Of a DNA stretch of 64,000 bases, positions 1 to 10,743 are shown in pieces. Below the pieces are notes generated by a model. The model was given only the letters and a program-made list of their open reading frames with translations, was not told the DNA's origin and searched no databases. Origin of the DNA: Octopus vulgaris (lineage: Eukaryota); assembly GCA_951406725.2 (NCBI GenBank), contig OX597825.1, forward strand, positions 45,384,001 through 45,448,000, in the 5' to 3' direction. Each line of letters opens with the position of its first letter. Within the stretch, counting starts at the first letter, position 1. Both the position numbers and the translations under genes were made by a program.

Positions 1-736
1 CTACCGTCAGCGAATGTACCTCTCCATGGTCGACTGTGGGCCGGGCCGGCTGGCCATTTGGAGGGAGTTGAGATCGGGCATTGCTGACGAGATCGTGCAG
101 ATCCTGAACGGGATATTTTTAGAGAGAGGTCCCGTGGAAGAACTACTGATGGACAACGGGGCGGCGTTTCGTTCGGAAGCATTGAGGGTTATGCTTGATC
201 GGTGGAACGTGCGACGCTTGTTCAGAGCAGCGTATAGGCCGGGCGGTAACGGGATCATGGAGAGGCACCATCGGACAGTCAAGGCCATAGCGGAAAGAGG
301 GCACATTTCGCCGCTTGAAGCAGTTTTTTGGTACAACTTGTCTCCCCGATCCGGACAGGCTGAGGAATCTGTGCCGCAGAGAGCTGTGTTTAAATATGAA
401 TGGAGGCACCTGAGCAAAGCGCCGGAGGGTCACGAGGAAGAGAAGGGACCCGTTTGCGTGAAAATAGGGGAGGAAGTCTGGGTCAAGCCACCAAAGGCGC
501 GCTGTACGTCTCAATGGAGCAGAGGAACGGTGACGGCGATCAATTCCAGAAGCAACGTATCTGTAGATGGCACACCACGACATGTCTTGGACCTTCGCAG
601 GATTGTTGCTTCGACGGACGATGATTCGGGAGAGGGGGAGAGTGAGGAGCCCAGCTTGAAAAGATCTCGACGAGCAAGGCGTTCTCCCGGTTGGATGGTA
701 GACTACAACATGGAGCGGAGAGATCGTGATCTTTAA
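1..736 (+). CDS. Ty3/Gypsy integrase, C-terminal part of pol (runs in from the window edge)
   Basis: Open ORF 14-736 with rve core motifs (VDCGPG...LMDNG...NGIMER) and an SH3-like C-terminal GEEVWVKPP...W..G.V. CpG-rich and uninterrupted. Confidence 0.92.
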   Translation, partial: YRQRMYLSMVDCGPGRLAIWRELRSGIADEIVQILNGIFLERGPVEELLMDNGAAFRSEALRVMLDRWNVRRLFRAAYRPGGNGIMERHHRTVKAIAERGHISPLEAVFWYNLSPRSGQAEESVPQRAVFKYEWRHLSKAPEGHEEEKGPVCVKIGEEVWVKPPKARCTSQWSRGTVTAINSRSNVSVDGTPRHVLDLRRIVASTDDDSGEGESEEPSLKRSRRARRSPGWMVDYNMERRDRDL

Positions 737-749
737 GATCAGGGTGGCG

Positions 750-1058
750 TGTGGGATGACGTCAGCAGCCGGACGTCAGCAGCCGGACGTCAGCCAGCAG
801 GGTGCGTTGACCGGAAGCTGGGGCAAGCGGAAGGGGTCAGCCGTAAAGCGCGCGCAGGGGGCGGAAGTTGACCTTTCCAACGTGGGTCGTGCTGGTGACA
901 AGACGTGCGAGGAAGTCGCTAAATGGTTTGGGGCTAGCAGCTGCTATTGTTAGTGTTCGGGTAGGGCTGTGAGGAAGGACCAGCCATCTCTGGAGGATCT
1001 CCGTCACCACGAAGAGAAGGTAGGTGCATCTATATTCAAATCGCACACACTCACTACA
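750..1058 (+). mobile_element. 3' LTR of the young Gypsy element
   Basis: Purine-rich PPT-like AGGGTGGCG just after the integrase stop, then TGTGGG...CACTACA (TG...CA). Similar to the LTRs at 48350, 50048 and 62754. Confidence 0.75.
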
Positions 1059-2859
1059 TGAACCACGCCAGGGGTTTAATAAATTATCATCAAATTTACA
1101 TTCCCAATATACATAGTGTAAGGGTCCCATTAAATGATCACTTAAAGAAAAATGCAAAATGGTGCTGGACTGATAAATGCCAGAATGCATTTGATAAGCT
1201 AAAAGACATTTTAACATTGGACTTAACGTTAACACATTTTGATCCAAAGTTGGATATTATATTGGCTACAGATGCAAGTGATTACAGTGTAAGAGGCACA
1301 TGCTTCTGCACAAATATGATGATGGGAGTAAAAAGGTTATAACCCATGCATCACAATTGTTATTACCAGCTGAAATGAACTATAGCCAAATAAAAAAGGA
1401 AGTGTGAGCAAACATATTCAGTGTCAAAAAATTCCATAGATTTATTCATGGAAGAAGTTTCCATCTACAAATGGATCATCACCCACTACTGTCGATATAC
1501 TGTTCTAAAAAAAGGAATACCAACACACAGTGAATAGACTACAGTGATGGAGCTCTACATTATTGAATTATGACTACAAAATGAAATATTTACCATAAAA
1601 AAAACCTAGGGCATACAGATGGTTTGTCTAGACTATTCAAAGATATGATAATCACAGCTTTAAAATCAGAAGGAGAAATTCTTAAAAAATGTAATATGGA
1701 ATGTGGTACACAAATTTTTGGTAACCCTAGAAGACATAAAAAGAAAATGTTGAGGCAATTTCCTGTTGGACATCCTGGTATTTCAAGGATGAAAGTTTTA
1801 ATGTGTAGCTACATGTACTGGCCAAAAATGGATGGAGAAATCGAAAATTTAGTGAAAGACTGCAGAGGATATGCTCTAACAGCAAAATTACTGATGATAA
1901 AAAGTGAACCTTGGCCAAAAGTAGATGTTCTGTGGCCAATACTACACATTGATTTCGCTGGTCCTTTAAATGGTTCATACTACTTAGTGGTAATGGATAA
2001 TTTCTCTAAATGGCCAGAAATTTGTAATGAACAAGCAGAATGCTTCGTTGATACATTCAAGACAGCCCTAAAAAAGTCAAATAAGGCAGTCACAGATGAG
2101 GTAGCTCTACAATAATACTTAAGAGTATACCATGTGACACCAAATCCAAATACACCAGTAGGTATGTCACCAGCAAAGCTGATGTTTGCAAGGAAAATAA
2201 AATCAGTCTTTGACAAATTGCAACTTGCCAAGAAAAGAAAAATTGAAACAAATAATATAGCAAAATATTTCAAAATTGGTGAAAAGGTATTTGTTAGGGC
2301 ATGTAAGAATGGAAAACAAAGTTGGGAACAGGGCATGGTAACCAAACACATAGGAAAAATGCTGTACTTCGTAAAAGCAAGGAAAGGGGCATACAAGAGA
2401 CACATGAACCAACTAAAAAGAAATTTATTGAGGGCAAACCAATGGAAGAACCAATGGAATGGTTATGTGATACTTTTCAAGTACCAACACCACTACAAAT
2501 AATTGAGTTCCTGGAAGTAGAGGCAAAATAAAAACAATATTAAATGTGTAAATGTATGAAAAAACTCAAGAGAGGGAGGTGGAGGTGATATAAAGATTAT
2601 TGCTATTAAAATAATTAAAATTACACTTCCAAAGAAAAAAAGAAAGCTTAAAAGGGGAGATGTTGCGGGGATAATAGTAGTAATGGTACACCCCACCCAT
2701 GTGACAAGTGGTATGTGTTAGTCATTATAAATACTGTCAGTCAATGTCAGGAAAGAGTACAAAGTAGATGGTCATAGATAGTCATGGTCTTACTTGTCTT
2801 ACTTACTACACTACTATACCAAGATGGGTGTGATAACAGTTTGACAGAGGATTACAGCA
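1059..2859 (+). mobile_element. Degenerate Gypsy element (RT thumb, RNase H, integrase, PPT, 3' LTR at 2661-2859)
   Basis: GLINYH...THFDPKLDIILATDAS (RT/RNase H), GHPGISRMK...YMYWP (zinc-binding), LHIDFAGPL (integrase) with many frameshifts. PPT AAAAGGGGAGA precedes TGTTGC...ACAGCA. Confidence 0.88.
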
Positions 2860-3534
2860 TATATATATATATATATAGTTGAAATTTATAGAAAAACAAA
2901 AAATGAAGACAGATGTATGAACAACAAGCAGGTGTATTAGTTTGGCATTCGGGAAAATGAAAAAGTCTTTTACATTTTGATCCTATCCTCTTCAACAGAA
3001 AGGAATATGAGAAAATAAACAGAGAGAATCAAAAAAGACTTGTAGATTTAGCAATCAAGCATGGCGAATGATTACAAAACAATTTTGAAAGAAGAGGTTG
3101 AAAGAAAGGGAGATAATAAAGTGCTAGTGATCCCAAATGAAGGTGCGCATGCGCGTGTGTATGTGAGAATGGTGTGTGCATGTGTGTGAATAGGGGCTGG
3201 TGACTCAGATGTGTGTGTGTGTCTGTAAGTGTGTGGGAGTATATATTGTATGTACTTGTATGGGTGTGGGAGTGTACATGATGGCATGTGGTGTGTGTAC
3301 TGAGCTACAGAGTGTGTAGCTGCTCATATACTGGTATGTGTGGTGACACTATTGAAGATTGTGTGGATGATGGTGTGTGGGTGCTGGGAAGTGATCAGTG
3401 CTAGTGTATGTGGAGTGATATGGGTGGGCTGATGGTGTGGGTGAGTGTGGGGTGAGAGTGGTGGTGGGTGGGATGAGGGGGTATCAATGAAGAGAGGAGG
3501 TAGGAGTGAAGAGAGGCAGTAGGTGTCAGATGAA

Positions 3535-4990
3535 GAGAGAAGGGGTGTTGAGCCTATGTGGCAAAAATGAGCAAAGAGAGAAGATTAATTCCTGTTCACG
3601 GTGAAGGTGGGAGTCTAGATGGCCCTGTGCAAAAATAGTCTGAACACAGACAGATGTTGTAGTGAATGACCAGAAGAGCACAAATGGCATGAGACCAGGG
3701 TGTCATTGCCAAGTCTGATGTCTCAGAGATGATCCGTGAACCGGTCAGCCAAGCAGCATCCCATTTGACTGATGTACAGGGAAGGGCAGAAAGAGCAGGC
3801 GATGCAGTAAATTACATTACTAGAAGTGCAGGTAAAAGAGTCAGTGATGTGATAGAGACAATGATTGGTGCCTGTGGGGATGGTGGTGTTGGAGAGGTAG
3901 GATCAGGTGTGACAGCATGGGCAGGAGCAAGGGAACAAGCCAGGCTGGGAAGTGAGGTTAGGGAAGAAACTGTGGACCAGGTCACACAGGTTATGGTCTC
4001 GTTTGAAGGAGGGGAGGGGTAAGTTGGGGCAAATGTGCGAGGTGGAGGGGTTGGACTGGAGTCATCAGAAGGCTCAGAGAATGGTGCATTTGAGGGGCAG
4101 GCTGGAGGGATGGTAGGTGAGGGGAAACAGGAGACGGGCAACAGGTGGATGGGTGCAGGGAGAAAGAGCAGAGGTACTGTCCTTGGAACATGCCCTGGCA
4201 ACGGCAGTGTGGATAGTGGTGAGGGGATATCCACATAGGATGAAGTAGCAAGCCATCAATTGAAGTGATCAGTGCTAGTGTATGTGAAGTGATGTGGGGT
4301 GGTGTCATGACTAAGTCATGGTTGTCACTGTAGAGCTTGAGCAAATGGAGGAATTGGGAGTAGGAGATGGAGAGCTTGGCGTGGATAGGGTGAGAGGAGG
4401 AAAAGTTGAGGTTGGAGTGTGAGTCAGTGCGTTTATAGTGGATGGAGGTAGTGAGAGCGGAGTGGTGTATACTGACAGAAATGTCAAGAAATTCAATGGA
4501 AGAGTTAGAAATAGTGCAGGAGAATTTGAGGTCAGGATGGAAGGATTAGACAAAAGAGAAGAAGGAGTCTAGTGTTCACGGCAGAGTGAGGTCACACCAA
4601 TACAGTCATCGATATAACAACCATATAGTTCGGGAGTGGGACCAGTGAATTGTGAGAATATTTGGTTCTCAATGTAGCCAACATAGTTGGGGCCCATTCT
4701 TGTTCCCATGGCCACTACTGAGAACAGTTGATAAAAATGCCCCAGGAATGAGAAGCAGTTGAGAGAGAAAACAAGTTCAAACAGACGAAGAAGTGTGGAA
4801 GTGTCAGCTTGGTGGGGCCAGGTCAAAGGTCCAGAAAGTGTTTCAGTGCAAGAAGTCCTTTATTATGTGGAATCACCATATATAAACTCTTCATATCAAG
4901 AGTGAAGAGAAGTTTAGAGGGACAAGAAGGGAAGGAGAAAGAGTTAAAGAGATGGAGAGCATGGTTAGTGTTGTGGATGTGAGAGGGGGA
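3535..4990 (-). mobile_element. Penelope-like element remnant (RT plus GIY-YIG endonuclease)
   Basis: NCFSF.GHFYQ..VAMGTRMGPNY...YIDD RT motifs at 4569-4826. NVIYCIACSFCPSLYISQMG GIY-YIG motif at about 3760-3820. Frameshifted. Confidence 0.88.
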
Positions 4991-5316
4991 ATATATATAT
5001 ATAGGTGAGAAAGTTGGTGTGTGAAAGCACGTGGTTGGATGTATAAAAAATAGAAAAGAGTGAAAAACTACAGAAGGCTTGTATTATAAGATTAAAGAAT
5101 ATATTTAAGTCGTTATGTTAGAAAAATGCTATAAGATTTTGTGTATAGTAACATAGTTTTTGGAGAAATAACCGGTTTTGTGTAAACTTTTCAAATTTCT
5201 CAAATTTCTTTACCTACATCGTGCCATGTCTTCATTATGAAGTGTAAAGCAGAATTCCAGGCAGGGGGAGGTAATCAGAGATTTCTTTCGGTATAAGGGA
5301 GATAATCGCTTTATTA

Positions 5317-5560
5317 TTATTTTTTTTTTTTCCAATGAGATGAGTTTCTCTGTATAAGAATGTTAGGATGGTTAAGTTCAGGCTTATATTTTTCAATGAA
5401 GAATGTTTCCTTGTTTAATCTAATTTGTGTTGCCGTTCCAATAGCACATTGATAGAATGGAAAGATTAAAAATTGTGGTAGTAGGTGCTTTGCGCATTTC
5501 TCAATATGCTCGCTAAAGGGTATCATTCTGTATTCTGGGAATGCAATCTGTTGTCAATGC
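5317..5560 (-). mobile_element. Penelope-like GIY-YIG C-terminal fragment
   Basis: IPFSEHIEKC...PFYQ...RLNKETFFIEKYKPELN, a typical PLE endonuclease end. Similar to the ORF at 9817-10035. Confidence 0.75.
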
Positions 5561-5736
5561 AGAGTGCATCTGCATCTGAGTGATAATCCCAGGAGGAGGA
5601 AGAAGAAGAAGAAGAAGAAGAATCGAAAAATGACAACCCAGGAAGAGAGTGGGGAGACAGAGACAGACAGAAGTAGAGAGGGGGGAAAGGAGGAGGAGGA
5701 TCGAAAAATGACAACTCAGGTTGGAAATTCCCCCAA

Positions 5737-5782
5737 GACACCTGATGAAGGTTGGAGGGTATATCAGCCGAAACATTGTGTT
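5737..5782 (+). ncRNA. Minimal type-I hammerhead ribozyme motif (stem III G>A change)
   Basis: GACAC-CUGAUGA-A-GGUUG(10 nt loop)CAGCC-GAA-ACAU-U-GUGUU. Same family as 27019-27064. Confidence 0.7.
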
Positions 5783-5843
5783 AACAACAAACAAGATGTG
5801 GACAAATATCCATCAAATGTAAATAATGTATTCTATCTCTACT

Positions 5844-6000
5844 TCATCATCATCATCATCATCGTTTAACGTCCGTTCTCCATGCTAGCATGGGTTGGAC
5901 GGTTCGACCGGGGATCTGGGAAGCCAAAAGGCTGCACCAGGCTCCGGTCTTATCTGGCAAAGTTTCTACAGCTGGATGCCCTTCCTAACGCCAACCACTC
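5844..6000 (-). mobile_element. RTE LINE 3' terminal fragment
   Basis: (CAT)n tail followed by CGTTTAACGTC...CATGCTAGCATGG, near-identical to the 3' end at 10744-10900. Confidence 0.85.
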
Positions 6001-6854
6001 TGTTGGGGAGCTATCTGGACATAGAAATTAAAACAGATGGACACATTAGTTTAATTTTACCTGAAACCTCCAAGAAGGTAAGGAGATAGACAAAGAACAT
6101 GCTGTCTTCACTTCAACTTAGAAGCTGCTAAGGTATCAGGAAGAAAGACTTGTTTCAGATCTAGCTTGTCACTGTTTTATGGGGTCAATTTTAATTTACA
6201 GTCTAGTTTATCAAATCTTTGTATATCTAAGGCCGAAAGAACAACGAGCAGTGTCTGTTAGGAAGGGGGCTGAGGGAGTCAACAGAAATCATAGATAAAT
6301 ATTTTAAACAATATTGCCATATTGTATAAAGTTAAAATTTAGGGTTATTCAGAAGATTATTAAGAAGAATATTTTCCTCCCTCTATTGTGGTAAAAGTTT
6401 AGTATATACTCATAAGTATTCAAAAAACTTTTTATCCTTTTGTTATAATATTCTTTATACAATATGGCAATATTGTTTAAAATATTTAACTATAGTACCC
6501 CATGATAAAATTTCCTGTTTCATTATCAATGGTCTACTAGTGGCTTGCCCCTTTAATTGTCAGCTAACATCTTGATTTAAGATTTCCTTTATCAAATCTC
6601 ATTATATTGCTTCAAATTAATCTTGATAGTAATATTAATATTTCTAAGTCTCTCTAAAGAAGACTACGGCAGCGGTACTGGATATTAATAGTTATCGCCA
6701 AGTTAACATGGCAGTCCAGAAAAACAGGACGAATGCTGCCAATGATTAGCTCCAAGAGGCCATCACCTCTAGCTAGCTATGTAACACACGAACCTGTGTC
6801 CATTATAACCTTCGAACAGGGGAGGTCAGCCGCTTCCCCTTGCCGGCCTGGCAA

Positions 6855-6895
6855 CTACAGATTAGTTTCAGGGTATTTGCCCCTTATCAATGTAG
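6855..6895 (-). ncRNA. Hammerhead ribozyme motif with UUGAUAA (U3:A8) core
   Basis: CUACA-UUGAUAA-GGGG CAAAUA CCCU-GAA-ACUAAU-C-UGUAG. Inverted copy of 7182-7224 with one stem III mismatch. Confidence 0.6.
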
Positions 6896-7181
6896 AGCAG
6901 CCGAACCAGCCAGGTATCGCTACTGACCGTCTGTTCGAGGACTACATAGCTAGCTAGAGGTGATGGCCTCTTGGAGCTAATCAATGACAGCATTCATCCC
7001 ATTTTCCTGGACTGCCATGTTAGCTTGGCGATAACTATTAATATCCAGTACCACAGCTGTAGTCTCCTTTAGAGAGACTTAGAAATATTAATATTTCTAT
7101 TTTTGAAAACCAGTGGATGTATTCCACTGAATTTAGCCCTCAAACAGACGGTCAATAACGACACCTGCTTGGTTCAGTTGC

Positions 7182-7224
7182 TCTACATTGATAAGGGGCA
7201 AATACCCTGAAACTAGTCTGTAGA
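7182..7224 (+). ncRNA. Hammerhead ribozyme motif with UUGAUAA (U3:A8) core
   Basis: UCUACA-UUGAUAA-GGGG CAAAUA CCCU-GAA-ACUAGU-C-UGUAGA: 6-bp stem I, palindromic stem III, GUC cleavage triplet. Confidence 0.72.
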
Positions 7225-7926
7225 TGCCAAACCGGCAAAGGGAGCGGCTGACCTCCCCTGTTCGAAGATTATAATGGACACAGGTTAGTGTGTTACATAG
7301 CTAGCTAGAGATGATGGCCTCTTGGAGCAAATCAACGGCAGCATTCGTCCTATTTTTCTGGACTGCCATATTAGCTTGGCAATAACTATTAAAATCTTGA
7401 TAGTTTTTATGACTATACCCACTATGATTTCTGTCAACTCCCTCAGCCCCCTTCCTAACAGACACTGCTCGTTGTTCTTTTGGCCTTAGATATACAGAGA
7501 TTTTATAAACTAGACTATGAATTAAAACAAACACTATAAAACAGTGACAAGCTAGATCTGAAACAAGTCTTTCTTCCTGATACCTTAGTAGCTTCTAAGC
7601 TGAAGTGAAGACAGCATGTTCTTTATCTATCTCCTTACCTTCTTGGAGGTTTTAGGTAAAATTATACTAATGTATCCACCTGTTTTAATTTAATTAAATT
7701 CTATGTTTTTATGCAGCTGAGTATTGCTCTGCATTTAAACTGATGTAATGATTGCATTGTTCAATTAAATGGAGTTGCTTGAAATGATCATACTGCATTA
7801 CCTCTGGATATCTTTGTTGCTTATTTTGATTTTAATCACCTTATTTTAAAATTGTATGGATAATACCATATTAAATTCTGGTGTCTCAGCATAAGAACCT
7901 AATTCATCTGAATCTATATATATATA

Positions 7927-9202
7927 TCAGGTCATACCATAAGTTCTGTCCGATTTTGCTTTTTTTAAAACTAAATGAAATTTAATAGTATTTTAGAATG
8001 TTTAATGGAATTAAAAATTATTTTTATGCATTTGTGTACATTTGAACTAATTAAATATCATTTTACAGAATAATAGAATTAAAATTTCTCTGATTAAAAC
8101 CCTTTCTAACATGGAAGTATCCAAAGAGTATTTGAGGCACATGATGCTTTATGAGTACAAAAAAGGAAACTCTGCAGCCGAAGCAACTTGAAACATACTC
8201 AGTTTATGGGAAAGAATGCTTGAATGAAAGAACTTGCAGAAGATGGTTGACAAAATTCAGAAGTGGAGATTTCAGCCTTGAAGATGAAGATCGAACAGGA
8301 CGTCCAGTTGAGTTTGATGATAAGCTCCTTGAGGCATTACTTGAAGAAAATCCTGCATTATCAGTTGAAGAATCGGCAATAAAGTTTACTTCAAACCATA
8401 CAACTGTTCATCATCATCTTCAACAACTTGGAAAGGTTCCTAAATTTAGAAAATAGGTGCCTCATGAATTGTCTGAAAGCAACCGCAAATCCCAAGTTGA
8501 CATCTGCTCTTCTCTCCATTCTTGTGAACTCATTTCACCCTTTTTGGATAGACTTGTGACTGGTGACAAAAAAGGATCTTCTATCGAAATGTCAAGCATT
8601 GTAAACAGTGGTTTGGTAAAAGGAAAAAAGTTCAACAACAACTGAGAAGGGAACTTCATGGGAAAAAGGTTCTTCTCTCTATCTGGTGGGTTTGCAATTA
8701 GAGTAATTCACTTTGAATTGTTACCACCTAATGCAACAATCAATGCTCAAGTCTACTGTCAGCAATTAGAGCGTTTGAACCAAGCTTTGAAGAAAAAAAA
8801 GACCGCTTTAGTGAATCGAAAAGGAGTGGTGTTTCATCAGGACAATGTGTGACCCCACAATGCAAAGATCACATCACAGAAGATCGAAGAGCTTGGTTGG
8901 GAAAAAATTCTTCATCCACTTTATTCTCCCAACCATACTCCTTCAGACTACCATTTGTTTCATAGTTTACAAAATCATTTGGGGAACATAACTTTTGCAA
9001 GCCAGGAGGAGGTCAAAATTGACATTTGAGAGTTCTTCACTTTGAAACCAAAAGAGTTTTACATTGATGGGATTAAAAAACTTGTGAATAGATGGAAGGA
9101 TGTCATAGATAATCAGTTGATGATTAAATTTCAATTTAATATAACATTTGATCACTTGTTCTCTTTATTCAAAATTCGGACAGAACTTATGAGATGACCT
9201 GA
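7927..9202 (+). mobile_element. Full-length decayed mariner transposon (about 1.28 kb)
   Basis: TIRs TCAGGTCATACCATAAGTTCTGTCCGA / TCGGACAGAACTTATGAGATGACCTGA flanked by TA. Transposase pseudogene from 8111 with (W)VPHEL, VTGD, HQDN and YSP...SDY motifs, stops and frameshifts. Confidence 0.95.
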
Positions 9203-9267
9203 TATATATATATATATGAATAAATAAAAGAATGGAGTCGAACAAAGATGTTAGTAAAATTCCTTTA

Positions 9268-9349
9268 CTCTCGACATATGTTTCGAAGACAACATGGTTT
9301 CATTCCAAAGGAATAAAGGGTGCAAGATGCAATCTTCTCATCAGGAAAG
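9268..9349 (-). ncRNA. Type-I hammerhead ribozyme with canonical core and long stem II
   Basis: CUUUC-CUGAUGA-GAAGA...UCUUC-GAA-ACAUAUGU-C-GAGAG. All core nucleotides are present, stem III is palindromic and the triplet is GUC. Confidence 0.85.
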
Positions 9350-9469
9350 AAAGGGAGCCTCTCTCAACAAGACAAACAAAAATTTCGATGACTGCCTACA
9401 TGGTAAACAAAACGATAATAAGTGTTTTAAAAAAAACTGTTAGTAGAATTGACGTCAAAGTTAGATAGT

Positions 9470-9727
9470 AGGAAGAGAAGGGTTAAAGGAATAATAGGTA
9501 GGGAACAAGTGGAGAGGGAAGGGTACGTTGATTAAAAGAATGTCCAAAGGCTTAGGAAAGAATTTTGTTATTGAAGTGGAGTGCACGTTAAGCTAATTGT
9601 TCAAACCACTAGCTTAATGTGCACTCCACTTCAATAGCGAAATTCTTTCCTAAGCCTTTGAACATTCTTTTAATCAACGTACCCTTCCCTCTCCACTTGT
9701 TCCCTATCTATTATTCCTTTAACCCTT
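9470..9727. repeat. About 120-bp inverted repeat (hairpin) upstream of the minus-strand hammerhead
   Basis: 9478-9595 is the reverse complement of 9611-9727. Confidence 0.85.
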
Positions 9728-10720
9728 TGTGCATCAGAAAACTTAATTTATGTCTTAACATGCGCAGGTTGCAATAGGCAGTATATAAGCCATACAAAAA
9801 CAGCTTACAAAAAAGGATGGTGGTGCATAAATCCCAAATCAGAAATCCTGAATACCGGAAAATACCAGTCAGCAGACACATAGATAGATGTGCTTCAAAT
9901 AAAAATCCGAAATTTACAACTTGCCCACTTTACAAATTCAGTGACAGCGTAACCTTCACTCAATGCCAAAATAAAGAACTTTATTTCATTAAAAAATTTA
10001 GACCAAGTTTGAACACCCTGGGCCAGGAATATTAAAACAAAACATTGGTCTTCCGAAAAGAAAAATGGAATTCTACCACAACCACTACGACTGCTTCCAC
10101 TATCACTACTACTACAACCACCATGGTCACTACTATTACTATTTCGATCAACAGTCCTCCACTACTGCTACTGCTGCTACGACCATAGCTTAACTGCTGC
10201 AACCCCAACCACCACCACGGTTACCACTACTACGACCAACAGTAACTGCTACTACTGCCATTTCAGCCACTGGTCATTCTTCTGCTGCTGCTACTACTGC
10301 CACAGCTAAGCCGCTACAACCAATGAGCTGCTGCAACCCCAACCACCATCACGGTTACTACTACTACGACCAACAATCACTACTGCTACTACCATTTCAG
10401 TCGCGGGTCATTCGAACACAAGAAAGCTAAAAAACAACCACGTGGATCCTGTTGAGACTAGTAAGAAACAATTATGAACTTCTGTATTACACTCAACTTG
10501 AAATTTATAGCTATTATACCTACTACCGACAAAACACCACCACATGGATTCTATTGAGACCAGTAAGAAACAATTATGAACTTTTCTATTACACTTAACT
10601 TTTTAAAATATTTTTGATAAGGTTCGTTTTTTCAAGAACCGAAACATGTAAAATTCCTAAGAAAATTAAAATTTATTTAATATAGTGGCATTTTCAAACT
10701 TCTTTTTTACAAATATATAT
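9728..10720 (+). mobile_element. Penelope-like 3' fragment: GIY-YIG endonuclease plus pseudo-LTR
   Basis: CASENLIYVLTCAGCNRQYI...H...KELYFIKKFRPSLN, then (ACT/ACC)-rich tandem duplications at 10075-10600 and a hammerhead motif at 10610. Confidence 0.82.
10610..10654 (+). ncRNA. Hammerhead ribozyme motif with UUGAUAA (U3:A8) core
   Basis: AUUU-UUGAUAA-GGUUC(10 nt)GAACC-GAA-ACAUGU-A-AAAU. Perfect stem II, palindromic stem III, GUA triplet, weak AU-only stem I. Confidence 0.7.
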
Positions 10721-10743
10721 CCACTCGTATACGATCTACACTT

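Larger units (their letters stand above)
6020..7705. repeat. Nested inverted-repeat structure, probably inverted pseudo-LTRs of a PLE-type element
   Basis: 6020-6295 is the reverse complement of 7420-7705. 6690-6905 vs 7170-7390, 6630-6785 vs 6945-7095 and 6297-6332 vs 6454-6488 are also inverted. The arms contain hammerhead motifs. Confidence 0.8.

Noticed and set aside
2960-3005. Minus-strand hammerhead-like relic downstream of the first PLE (UUGAAGA...AAAAUGUA)
   Set aside because: The position is plausible, but GAAA, stem II and stem I are all degenerate, so it cannot be supported.
3729-4553. Pro/Ser-rich and Gly-rich ORFs
   Set aside because: These are off-frame or antisense readings of the decayed Penelope ORF.
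5165-5245. Decayed hammerhead in the pseudo-LTR of the 5317 PLE (AAAACCGGUU on the minus strand)
   Set aside because: No recognisable core or stem II.
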